Positions 18,142-27,339 of a stretch of 64,000 nucleotides of DNA are shown here, piece after piece. The notes under the pieces are model-generated. The model ran no database searches. It saw only the letters and a program-made list of their open reading frames with translations, and was not told where the DNA came from. Location of the stretch: positions 1,339-65,338 of the forward strand of contig JBBTYT010000001.1 of assembly GCA_038061695.1 (NCBI GenBank), written 5' to 3'. The first letter of the stretch is position 1. Each line of letters opens with the position of its first letter. A program made the position numbers and the translations under genes. The stretch is from Patescibacteria group bacterium (GTDB lineage: Bacteria > Patescibacteriota > Minisyncoccia > GWC2-36-17 > M10-OD1-4).

Positions 18142-20237
18142 CGAAAAAAGGTATTAAACAAAGAATTAATAAACTCAAAAAAGAGATTAATTATCATAGA
18201 TATCTTTATCATGTTTTAGATACACGGGAAATATCAGATGCCGTTTTAGATTCTTTAAAGCATGAATTATATAGGCTTGAACAACAAAACCCTGAATTTA
18301 TAACAGAGGATTCTCCAACCCAGAGGGTTGGCGGAGAAGCATTGGATAAATTTAAAAAAGTATACCATAAGGTTAAGATGCTTTCTTTGGAAGATGTTTT
18401 CTCTACCGGTGAATTTGAGGATTGGGAGAAAAGAATCAAGAAAGTTTCACCCTCTGGAAAGTATGAATATTTCGGTGAACTCAAGATAGATGGTTTTGCA
18501 ATATCTTTGAATTATGAAAATGGTCTTTTAAAATTTGCTTCAACAAGAGGTGATGGAGAAATCGGAGAGGATGTTACTAAAAATATTAAAACTATAGAAT
18601 CTATTCCTCTTGCGTTAAACATTCACGAAGATGAAAATGTTATTAATGATGATATGAATATATATATAAAGTCTATCAAAAAATTATTGGAAAGAGGTAA
18701 TTTGGAGATAAGGGGTGAAGTTTATATGTCTAGGAAGGTGTTTTTAGAAATAAATAAAGAGAGAAAAAAAAAGGGAGAGCCTCTTTATGCAAATCCGAGA
18801 AACACAGCGGCAGGTTCTATAAGACAACTTGATCCTAAGATTGCGGCATCAAGAAAATTAGAATTTTTACCATATGCGATAATTACTGATTTCGGGCAGG
18901 ATGGTCATAAAGATGAGCATAATATATTAAAGATTTTAGGATTTAAAAGAGATAAATATGCAGGTATTTTTTCTAATATTTCTGAAGTTGAAAGTTTTTG
19001 GAAGGATATTTTAAAGAGAAGAGAGAAGTTAGCGTATCAGATAGATGGACTTGTTATATCCGTGAATGATAACGCAACTTTTAAAAAGCTTGGAGTAGTA
19101 GGCAAGGCTCCAAGGGGTGCTGTTGCTTTTAAATTCCCAGCAGAGGAATCAACAACAAAGGTTGAGGATATATCTGTGCAGATTGGAAGAACAGGCGCTT
19201 TAACTCCAGTTGCGCATTTTTTGCCTGTCTTAATAGGAGGGACTATAGTTACAAGAGCATCTTTGCATAATGAAGATGAGATAAGAAGGTTAGATCTAAA
19301 AATCGGAGATACTGTTATAATAAAGAGGTCTGGAGATGTTATACCAAAGGTTGTTAGTGTATTAAAAAATTTAAGAGTAGGCAAAGAGATGGATTTTAAG
19401 ATGCCAAAAAATTGTCCTTTTTGTGGTGGTAAAATTGAAAGAAAAGAAGGAGAAGTAATATTAAAATGCGTAAATAAAAAATGCTCCGCAAAACATAGAG
19501 AGGCGTTGCGTCATTTCACATCAAAAAAAGCTTTTGATATAGTAGGTCTTGGACCACAAATACTAAATAAGCTAGCAGATGAAGGTTTAATATCAGATTT
19601 TGCAGATATATTTTCTTTGAGAGAGGGCGACTTATTGCCTATAGAGAGATTTGCTGAGAGGTCAGCATCAAAATTAATAGAAGCAATTCAACAAAAAAAG
19701 GAGATAACTCTGGCAAAATTTATATATTCTCTTGGTATCCAGCATGTTGGTGAGGAGACAGCGCTTACACTTGCTGGAAGCACGAGCGCAGAAATAAAAA
19801 GTCAAAAATCAAAAGTCACTGTGGATGAAGTATCAAGTATATTGAAAAGTTTTTCTTTGGAGGATTTAGAAAAAATTCAGGATATAGGTCCTAAAGTGGC
19901 GGAGTCTATTCATATATATTTTAATGATATTAATAATAAGGTTCTCCTAGAAAAACTTAATAATCTTAATATTATAATCAATATTCCTAAGGTGAATTTG
20001 AAAAAATATATTTTTTCTGCTAAAGTCTTTGTATTGACTGGTGAACTAGAAGGTTTTACCAGAGATAAAGCAAAAGAGGTTATTAGGTCTTTTGGCGGAG
20101 AGATATCAAGCTCTGTATCAAAAAAAACCGATTATTTGCTCGCAGGTGAGAATCATGGTTCAAAATATGATAAAGCAAAAGAACTTGAAGTAAAAATTAT
20201 AAACGAGAAGGATTTTTTAAAAATGATTAATTCATAA
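18138..20237 (+). CDS. ligA: NAD-dependent DNA ligase
   Basis: ELKIDG, EIRGEV, ANPRN, zinc finger, HhH, BRCT. Confidence 0.96.
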   Translation: MTKKGIKQRINKLKKEINYHRYLYHVLDTREISDAVLDSLKHELYRLEQQNPEFITEDSPTQRVGGEALDKFKKVYHKVKMLSLEDVFSTGEFEDWEKRIKKVSPSGKYEYFGELKIDGFAISLNYENGLLKFASTRGDGEIGEDVTKNIKTIESIPLALNIHEDENVINDDMNIYIKSIKKLLERGNLEIRGEVYMSRKVFLEINKERKKKGEPLYANPRNTAAGSIRQLDPKIAASRKLEFLPYAIITDFGQDGHKDEHNILKILGFKRDKYAGIFSNISEVESFWKDILKRREKLAYQIDGLVISVNDNATFKKLGVVGKAPRGAVAFKFPAEESTTKVEDISVQIGRTGALTPVAHFLPVLIGGTIVTRASLHNEDEIRRLDLKIGDTVIIKRSGDVIPKVVSVLKNLRVGKEMDFKMPKNCPFCGGKIERKEGEVILKCVNKKCSAKHREALRHFTSKKAFDIVGLGPQILNKLADEGLISDFADIFSLREGDLLPIERFAERSASKLIEAIQQKKEITLAKFIYSLGIQHVGEETALTLAGSTSAEIKSQKSKVTVDEVSSILKSFSLEDLEKIQDIGPKVAESIHIYFNDINNKVLLEKLNNLNIIINIPKVNLKKYIFSAKVFVLTGELEGFTRDKAKEVIRSFGGEISSSVSKKTDYLLAGENHGSKYDKAKELEVKIINEKDFLKMINS

Positions 20238-20251
20238 TTTGTGATTTATAT

Positions 20252-20542
20252 ATGATAGACAAGGAAAAGATAAAACATATTGCTTCGCTAGCAAGGCTTA
20301 AAGTAGATGATAGTGAAGTTGAAAAATTTTCAAAAGATTTATCAGCAATTTTAGATTATGTTGCTGAGCTTAATGAAGTTGATATTTCAGATATATCTCC
20401 AACATTGAGTGCAACATCATCTCAAAATGTATTTCGTGATGACAATGTGGACGAAGAAAATAAAGATGTTGCTAAGAGGTTGGTTCAGTCCGCTCCAGAT
20501 AGCGAGAATGGCTATATTAAAGTTAAGTCAATATTAAAATAA
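20252..20542 (+). CDS. gatC: Asp/Glu-tRNA amidotransferase subunit C
   Basis: HIASLARL, NVFRDD, upstream of gatA. Confidence 0.92.
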   Translation: MIDKEKIKHIASLARLKVDDSEVEKFSKDLSAILDYVAELNEVDISDISPTLSATSSQNVFRDDNVDEENKDVAKRLVQSAPDSENGYIKVKSILK

Positions 20543-21966
20543 TGGATTTTACAAAGCTAACAATAAGGGAAATTAATAAAAGCCTAAAAGAGAAAAATGT
20601 CTCAGCTTCGGAGTTGACCGATTTTTTTATCAATCAGATTAAAGATAAAGATGAGGATATAAAAGCTTTTTTAAGTAATGATTTTGCATCAGCAAAAAAA
20701 CAAGCCAAAGCCGTAGACGAGAAGATTAAAAGCGGAGTGGATATTTCAATCCTTGCCGGAGTGCCGTCTGCTATAAAAGATAATATATTGATTGACGGTG
20801 TAAAAGCCACAGCATCTTCAAAGATGCTTGAAAATTATATCGCTACTTACGATGCCACAGTAATAGAAAAATTGAAAAATCAAAATTCTGTTTTTTTAGG
20901 CAAAACAAATATGGATGAGTTTGCTATGGGATCATCAACAGAAAGTTCAGCGTTTTTTAAGACCAAGAATCCAAATGATTTAAATAGAGTGCCTGGAGGT
21001 TCGTCTGGTGGTTCTGCGGCGGCGGTTGCCTCCTCTGAAGTTGTTTTTGCTTTAGGCTCTGATACGGGAGGCTCAATTAGACAGCCAGCATCTTTTTGTG
21101 GCGTTGTTGGTTTAAAGCCTACATATGGAGCTGTTTCAAGATACGGACTTATAGCGATGGCATCTTCTTTGGATCAAATTGGCCCTTTAACAAAAACCGT
21201 AGATGATGCGAGAGTAGTTTTTGAAGCTATAAGAGGGAAAGATAAGAGGGATGCAACCAGTGTAATATATCCTGAGAAATTACAAGAGAGAGGATTAAAA
21301 GGAATGAAAATAGGAATTCCAAAGGAGTATTTTATTGATGGAATGGATAAGGATGTTGAGAAATTGATAAAATCTGAAATAAAAAAAATGGAAGATGCCG
21401 GCGCAAAGATAGAAGAAATAACATTGCCTAATACAAAAAGCGCTTTATCTGTTTATTATATTATTATGCCGGCAGAAGTGTCTTCAAATATGGCAAGATA
21501 TGACGGTATGAAATTCGGTTTTTCTACACATAATAATGACACGGAAGATCTTTTGTCGGTATATTTAAATTCAAGAGCGAAAGGTTTGGGAGTAGAAGTG
21601 AAAAGAAGAATAATGTTAGGCACATATGTTTTATCGGCCGGATATTATGACGCCTATTATAAAAGAGCTCAGCAGGTAAGAACAAAAATAACTAATGATT
21701 TTAAAAAGGCATTTGAGGAAGTTGATATTATAGTTACTCCTACGGCGCCAACAACAGCATTCTTGTTTGGCGAAAAGACAGATGATCCTCTCGCGATGTA
21801 TCTTGAAGATATATTTACAGTACCTATAAATCTAGCCGGTCTTCCGGCAATCTCTATTCCTTGCGGTAAGGTAAAAAATATGCCAGTCGGTATGCAGTTT
21901 ATAGCACCTTGGTTTTATGAGGAGAGATTATTTAGATCTGGAGAAGATTATGAAAAATTAAAATAA
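20542..21966 (+). CDS. gatA: Asp/Glu-tRNA amidotransferase subunit A
   Basis: amidase signature GGSSGGSAAAV, GSDTGGSIRQPA, EVKRRIMLG. Confidence 0.96.
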   Translation: MDFTKLTIREINKSLKEKNVSASELTDFFINQIKDKDEDIKAFLSNDFASAKKQAKAVDEKIKSGVDISILAGVPSAIKDNILIDGVKATASSKMLENYIATYDATVIEKLKNQNSVFLGKTNMDEFAMGSSTESSAFFKTKNPNDLNRVPGGSSGGSAAAVASSEVVFALGSDTGGSIRQPASFCGVVGLKPTYGAVSRYGLIAMASSLDQIGPLTKTVDDARVVFEAIRGKDKRDATSVIYPEKLQERGLKGMKIGIPKEYFIDGMDKDVEKLIKSEIKKMEDAGAKIEEITLPNTKSALSVYYIIMPAEVSSNMARYDGMKFGFSTHNNDTEDLLSVYLNSRAKGLGVEVKRRIMLGTYVLSAGYYDAYYKRAQQVRTKITNDFKKAFEEVDIIVTPTAPTTAFLFGEKTDDPLAMYLEDIFTVPINLAGLPAISIPCGKVKNMPVGMQFIAPWFYEERLFRSGEDYEKLK

Positions 21967-21977
21967 GATGAATTGTT

Positions 21978-22535
21978 ATGCAGAATACTCAAGTAGATTT
22001 TTTAATTAACGCGACAGAGGGCGTTGCAAATTCTGGAGTATTTCAGTCGGATGCGTTTTTGGCTTTTTTTTGGATTATTAAATTTATATTTTTGACACTT
22101 GCGGTAATTTTTTTTCTGCACATCATTTATCTTATTTTTAAAATTAATACTATACAAGGAGAATTTAAATTTTATAAAGATCTTTTAACAAAAAAAAATA
22201 CTTTTCAGCATAAAGGAGAATTTGCCGTAAAATGGAGAATAGTTAAAGAGAGGGCTTATAAAATACAAGAAGCGGAATATAAACTTGCTATTATTGAAGC
22301 AGATAAGTTGTTTGATGATCTTCTAAAAAAGATGAATTTAAAAGGTAATGATATGGGTGAAAGATTGAAGAATATCAATAATGAATTATTGCCATCTATA
22401 GATAGAGTTTGGAAGTCGCACAAGATAAGAAACAAGATCGCTCATGAGCCGGATTTTCATTTGAGTTATAATGATGCTCAAGATGTAATTAAAAACTATG
22501 AAGTGGCTTTATATGAGCTTAAAATACTTGATTAA
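21978..22535 (+). CDS. conserved hypothetical membrane protein
   Basis: TM helix, then AIIEADK...GERL...HKIRNKIAH (HEPN-like RxxxxH). Confidence 0.65.
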   Translation: MQNTQVDFLINATEGVANSGVFQSDAFLAFFWIIKFIFLTLAVIFFLHIIYLIFKINTIQGEFKFYKDLLTKKNTFQHKGEFAVKWRIVKERAYKIQEAEYKLAIIEADKLFDDLLKKMNLKGNDMGERLKNINNELLPSIDRVWKSHKIRNKIAHEPDFHLSYNDAQDVIKNYEVALYELKILD

Positions 22536-22716
22536 ATTGATTTTTTGTATTAGAATAGTTTAAACTCTAAATCGTCATATGCTTTGTAGTTAAAGATTAA
22601 GTGAGTGGAGTAGTTTTTTGTTTTATTAAGAATGAGTAAGACATTTGACCATCTGAATGTCTTAATTTGAGTTCAATTCTCAAAATAAGAGTAGCAGAAA
22701 AAAGTTGATAGAATAT

Positions 22717-22789
22717 AGCGGGGTAGAGGAGCTGGTACCTCGTCGGTCTCATAAGCCGAAGGTCGTGGGTTCGAATCCCGCCCCCGCAA
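22717..22789 (+). tRNA. tRNA-fMet (CAT), initiator type
   Basis: cloverleaf, anticodon loop CTCATAA, unpaired A1/A72, A11-U24. Confidence 0.88.
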
Positions 22790-22821
22790 CAAAGTTTGGT
22801 ATGGTTTTTTCCAGTGATTAC

Positions 22822-22895
22822 GCCAGGGTAGCTCAGTTGGTTAGAGCACAGGACTCATAAGCCTGGGGTCGTGGGTTCGAATCCCACCTCTGGTA
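22822..22895 (+). tRNA. tRNA CAT, probably elongator Met (Ile2 not excluded)
   Basis: GCCAGGG/CTCTGGT acceptor, GCTC/GAGC D-stem, CTCATAA loop, GGTTCGAATCC. Confidence 0.85.
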
Positions 22896-22917
22896 CCGAA
22901 ACTTTATAATTTTTTTT

Positions 22918-22995
22918 GGGGCCGTGGTCTAGCCCGGTTATGACGTCTCCCTGTCACGGAGAAGATCGCCGGTTCAAATCCGGTCGGCCCCGCCA
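22918..22995 (+). tRNA. tRNA-Asp (GTC)
   Basis: GGGGCCG/CGGCCCC acceptor, CTGTCAC loop, G73, encoded CCA. Confidence 0.95.
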
Positions 22996-23119
22996 GATTT
23001 CTAAGTTTGAACCCCGATAAAATAAGGGGTTTTGATGATTTAGAAACCGTTATCCGAACGAGGCGCCGGTTTTTCTTAATCCTTATCAAAGGAGTAAAAT
23101 TTTGATATAATAAAATTAT

Positions 23120-25462
23120 ATGGCAAACGAAAGAAAAACCGAAATAATCACAAGAGATCACTTTTCCAATTTTTTGGATTCTATTTATATTGAAGAACAA
23201 CGCTCAGATAATCCAAAAATTGATAAGTTGTTAAAATCCGCCTCAAAAAAAGGCGGTGGAAAAGGTTATCCTGAATTTATCATTAGCTATAAAACCAATC
23301 CTGATTTATTGATTGTTGTTGAATGTAAAGCAGATGTAACCAAACATGAAAGCAAAGATCGTGATAAATATTCAGAATTTGCGGTTGATGGTGCTTTACT
23401 TTATGCCTCCTATCTCTCTAAGGGTTTTGATGTTTTGGCAATCGCAGTTAGTGGAGAAACAAAACAATCATTAAAAGTTTCTCACTTTTTGCATTTAAGA
23501 AATGAGAAAAAAGCGACCCCAATTTTCGGAGATAAATTTTTACCTGTTGATGATTATTTGAATGGATATTTGAAAAGTCCTGAAAAATTCAGACAAGACT
23601 ATATCTCCCTTTTGGATTTTACAAAACAGCTTAATGAAAAACTACATACCTATAAGATTCTTGAAAGTCAAAGAAGTTTGCTTATCAGCTCAATTTTAAT
23701 TGCTTTAGAAAATCCTGCATTTAAAAGATCGTATGCTTCGCACACTAGACCAGAAGACTTAGCTTCTTCTCTTATACAAACAGTTTTAAGTGAATTAGAA
23801 AAGGCAAATATTACTGGTAAAAAATTAGAAAATTTAAATACACAATTTAGTTTTATAAAAACTGACACTTCTTTATCAAAAAAAGAAAATATTTTGAAAG
23901 AAATTATTGACGAAATTGACGAAAATATAAATATTTTTATTAAAACTCACAAATATTTTGATGTATTAGGACAGCTCTATATTGAATTTTTGAGATACGC
24001 AAACAGCGATAAAGGTTTAGGAATTGTTTTAACACCTCCGCATATTACAGAACTTTTTGCAGATTTGGCACAAGTAAATAAAAACTCTATTGCCTACGAT
24101 AATTGTACTGGAACAGGCGGATTTTTGATTAGTGCAATGAAAAGAATGATCGCAGATGCAAAAGGTGATGAAACAAAAATTAAAGAAATAAAATCAAAAC
24201 AGCTTATTGGAACGGAATATCAATCACATATTTTCGCTTTGGCGGTTTCTAATATGTATATCCATCAAGATGGAAAAACGAATATCATAAATGGAAGCTG
24301 TTTTGATGAGGAAGTTATTGAAGAAGTTAAATCAAGAAAACCAACAGTTGGATTTTTAAACCCGCCTTACAAATCAAATAAAAAAACAGATACTGATGAA
24401 TTAGAATTTATACTAAACAACTTAGAGTGTTTAGTTGACGGAGGAACTTGTGTTGCGATTGTACCAATGAGTAGTGCTTTAGCGATGAAAGGGAAAACCT
24501 ACGAAATTAAAAAGGAATTATTAAAAAAGCATACATTAGAAGCAGTATTATCAATGCCTAATGATTTATTTATTGATTCTGATGTTGGTACAGTTACTTG
24601 TATTATGGTTTTCACTGCTCATAAACCACATTTTCAAGGAAAAAAAACATTTTTTGGATATTTTAAAAATGATGGATTTGAGAAAAGAAGAAAAGGAAGA
24701 ATTGAAATTAATTGTCAATGGAAAGATATAAAAAATGAATGGCTAAAGGCATATTTAAACAAAGCCAATATTCCTGATTTAAGTATTAATATAGAAGTAA
24801 CGGCAAATAATGAATGGTGCCCAGAAGCATACTTAATTACAGATTTTACAAAAATAAATAATAATAATTTTATTAAAAATCTAAAAGAACATTGTATTTA
24901 TTTGTTTAATAACGATCTATCAAAAAATATTTCCAATAATCCTTTGGTGCAAAAAGAAATAAATATAAATTTTCAAAATTGGCAAAGGTTCAAGGTTAAA
25001 GATTTCTTCAAGGTTTATTCTGGTGGTGATAAACCAAAATCAGATGATTCAAAACATTGGAATGGTGAGATTGTTAATTCAGTAGAAAATCAAACAACAA
25101 ACAATGGAATAAAAGAAAAAATAGAATTTGCCGATGAAAATAAGATTTTTGAAAATTTTATTTCAGTTGTTTCTATCGGAGAAGGAGGTAAGGCATTTTA
25201 TCAACCAGAAAAAGGCGCTTGTTTTACTCGTGTTAAAGTCCTTGTTCCAATTAAGCAATGCAAAAATAATTTTAATAAATATCTCTTTCTGTTTTTTTGC
25301 TCCTTACTTGATATGGAAAGATATAGATATGGCTATGGCAGAGTTCTTAGCAAAGATAGATTGGGAGAAACGGAGTTATTAATACCAACAAAGAACAATT
25401 TACCAGATTGGGAATTTATGGAAAATTATATTAAATCATTGCCCTATTCTTCAAGTCTCTAA
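23120..25462 (+). CDS. BcgI-like type IIB/IIG restriction-modification fusion (nuclease + N6-MTase + TRD)
   Basis: GYPEFII...VECK nuclease motif, DNCTGTGGF motif I, NPPY motif IV, C-terminal S-like domain ending PDWEFMENYIKSLPYS. Confidence 0.85.
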   Translation: MANERKTEIITRDHFSNFLDSIYIEEQRSDNPKIDKLLKSASKKGGGKGYPEFIISYKTNPDLLIVVECKADVTKHESKDRDKYSEFAVDGALLYASYLSKGFDVLAIAVSGETKQSLKVSHFLHLRNEKKATPIFGDKFLPVDDYLNGYLKSPEKFRQDYISLLDFTKQLNEKLHTYKILESQRSLLISSILIALENPAFKRSYASHTRPEDLASSLIQTVLSELEKANITGKKLENLNTQFSFIKTDTSLSKKENILKEIIDEIDENINIFIKTHKYFDVLGQLYIEFLRYANSDKGLGIVLTPPHITELFADLAQVNKNSIAYDNCTGTGGFLISAMKRMIADAKGDETKIKEIKSKQLIGTEYQSHIFALAVSNMYIHQDGKTNIINGSCFDEEVIEEVKSRKPTVGFLNPPYKSNKKTDTDELEFILNNLECLVDGGTCVAIVPMSSALAMKGKTYEIKKELLKKHTLEAVLSMPNDLFIDSDVGTVTCIMVFTAHKPHFQGKKTFFGYFKNDGFEKRRKGRIEINCQWKDIKNEWLKAYLNKANIPDLSINIEVTANNEWCPEAYLITDFTKINNNNFIKNLKEHCIYLFNNDLSKNISNNPLVQKEININFQNWQRFKVKDFFKVYSGGDKPKSDDSKHWNGEIVNSVENQTTNNGIKEKIEFADENKIFENFISVVSIGEGGKAFYQPEKGACFTRVKVLVPIKQCKNNFNKYLFLFFCSLLDMERYRYGYGRVLSKDRLGETELLIPTKNNLPDWEFMENYIKSLPYSSSL

Positions 25463-25525
25463 ATATAACTCCTTGTAGATCAAAATAAAAACTCCCTGAA
25501 AAGCTGACGGGAAAAGCTCGATCAA

Positions 25526-25711
25526 CTAATTTGTGGAATCCACGATATCATCCGAGTAAGCAATCTGCTTTACACGAAGAGCAGAGTTAATAGCGGCTTG
25601 TTTTGAGGAATAACCCTCACTAGCAGCGACCTTCTCGCCGTTTAAAGCTTGAAGGTACCACCGATAATAACCGGCACGATTTTTGTAAATCACAAATCTT
25701 GGTTTTGCCAT
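25526..25711 (-). CDS. YegP/DUF1508 family small protein
   Basis: FVIYK...YRWYL.A.NGEKVAASEGYSSKQAA signature. Confidence 0.85.
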   Translation of the reverse strand: MAKPRFVIYKNRAGYYRWYLQALNGEKVAASEGYSSKQAAINSALRVKQIAYSDDIVDSTN

Positions 25712-25880
25712 AGATTTAATCCATTACTTTTTGTTAATTAATAGAGAGTCGACCTTTACGCTTACTCCCCACCCCAAAAACTAAAAGTTCCTAGGGAGGA
25801 GAGGTAAAGGCGACTTGATCTAATAACCACGAAAAGGTCCCTGAGGTATCCCGCCAGCTTTTCAAGGAGCTAATAATTAC

Positions 25881-25909
25881 AATTTACGCTTTTTGAATTA
25901 TGGAGTCAA
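25881..25909 (-). promoter_or_regulatory. sigma70-type promoter for YegP transcript
   Basis: TTGACT-17 nt-TAAATT on the minus strand. Confidence 0.5.
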
Positions 25910-26302
25910 GATTAAGATATAAAATAATCCACCTCATTTTTACCCCTATTAGACTCTGGACGAGGCGTTTCAAACCATTCAGGATGAACTTTGTACATTA
26001 CCCTTAATTCGCTATACTTTTATCAATATCTTCGAATTTGAGCCACTTTCTAGGTTCAAAGTTCCGGAGATCGGCCCAGCCATATTTTTAAGTTTGAACC
26101 GTAATGATTACAAGACTTAATGAAAGGAAGTTTTTTGAGCTTTCAGTGATGTATTCTCAACATAACAGAGCACGGATTGGTCGCGCTTTTTATTGCGACC
26201 ATTGACTTTTGCTTTAATAAATACTATTATGTTAAGTCATGATTCGGCATGTTGTTGGTCAGGTGGTCTGTTCATTCAAAACAAAATAAGGAGTGTGTTA
26301 TT

Positions 26303-26680
26303 ATGGTAAAGAAAATTTTGGTGCTGTTTCGAGATAAATTTTTTCACTGGAGGATATCTGATATGCTTAGACAAAATTATGGTCAATATACCTCAATAGA
26401 GAATGGAATTTGTTCTTTTCTTTACAACTCAAAAAACGCGTTGGATATCGTAGAAAGATTTAAAAAAGGAGGCTATGACTATCTGGTGATTATGGGTTCG
26501 TTCCAGATGAGTGATGTGTTCTGTAAAAATGGTATCAGAGTGTTGTGGCCGGAATGGGTCAAGGAAGATGATCATTCTAAAATTGAGTTTTATGATATGC
26601 ACGCCAGGCAAGGTTACCGGCTCGTTCGGTTTCGTCAGATTAAGAGTTTCACTAATGATACTCTAGAATTTGAGGATTGA
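26303..26680 (+). CDS. hypothetical protein
   Basis: open frame; AAGGAG SD before ATG 26303; upstream TTGACT-17-TATTAT. Confidence 0.55.
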   Translation: MVKKILVLFRDKFFHWRISDMLRQNYGQYTSIENGICSFLYNSKNALDIVERFKKGGYDYLVIMGSFQMSDVFCKNGIRVLWPEWVKEDDHSKIEFYDMHARQGYRLVRFRQIKSFTNDTLEFED

Positions 26681-26767
26681 TTCATTTGGTGTTTCGGCAC
26701 CTTCACAGAATGGATATGATCGCCGAAACGATCGTGTCAGTAATGCATAAAATGAAAGGAGATCAAG

Positions 26768-27127
26768 ATGGAATACGATGAAGTCCTCAAACTGGCAATG
26801 AAGCTCGGAAAGGAGCGTCATCCGGAAGCTCCTCAACACCATCACGCGGCCTTTGTCAACTCAGTGCAGACTCTTGTTACTGGTTGGAGTGGAGGCTTCG
26901 GCGGTCCGTCCATGCGTGAGCACTGGGCGTGCCGAGTTGCCAAAGCCAAGGACACAGTCGGACAGTTCAGCTTCGACGATGCGGTGACGGCGGTTGAGGA
27001 AGCCTGTTACGGCCAACTCACCCTCGATCACGCGAACATGCTCGAAGAGGAGCACTGCTTCGATGATGCTCCTGGTGAAGTGGAGACGGCACAGTGGCTT
27101 CTGGCGATGCACCATCAGCACGATTGA
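26768..27127 (+). CDS. hypothetical protein, GC-richer than its surroundings
   Basis: AAGGAG SD, open frame, downstream terminator. Confidence 0.6.
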   Translation: MEYDEVLKLAMKLGKERHPEAPQHHHAAFVNSVQTLVTGWSGGFGGPSMREHWACRVAKAKDTVGQFSFDDAVTAVEEACYGQLTLDHANMLEEEHCFDDAPGEVETAQWLLAMHHQHD

Positions 27128-27153
27128 ATTGAAGTGTGCGATAATGGGTTTCT

Positions 27154-27187
27154 GGCACGTTTTCCCAAAAAACGTGCCTTTTCTTTT
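27154..27187 (+). terminator. intrinsic terminator
   Basis: ggcacgtttt/aaaacgtgcc plus T-rich tail. Confidence 0.65.
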
Positions 27188-27339
27188 ATCCATTTTTGGC
27201 TATTTGACCGCCTTTATGTAATAATATACAATGGAAAGGTGAAAATATCACCTTTTCATTAAACATATTGATATTGCTACACTCGGAACAGGAGCGATAG
27301 TGTCTTCTGGTAAGTGCGAATTTAGAAAATAGTTTCTCT

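Larger units (their letters stand above)
22971..26100. mobile_element. tRNA-Asp-anchored island remnant bounded by a degenerate direct repeat
   Basis: 22971-23013 (tRNA 3' end plus flank) recurs imperfectly at 26053-26100; carries RM gene and YegP; no integrase seen. Confidence 0.6.

Noticed and set aside
20252-21966. gatB missing after gatCA
   Set aside because: Split gat operons are common; cannot infer loss from one window
22904-23200. 98-aa minus-strand ORF
   Set aside because: Antisense to tRNA-Asp and the RM gene start; spurious
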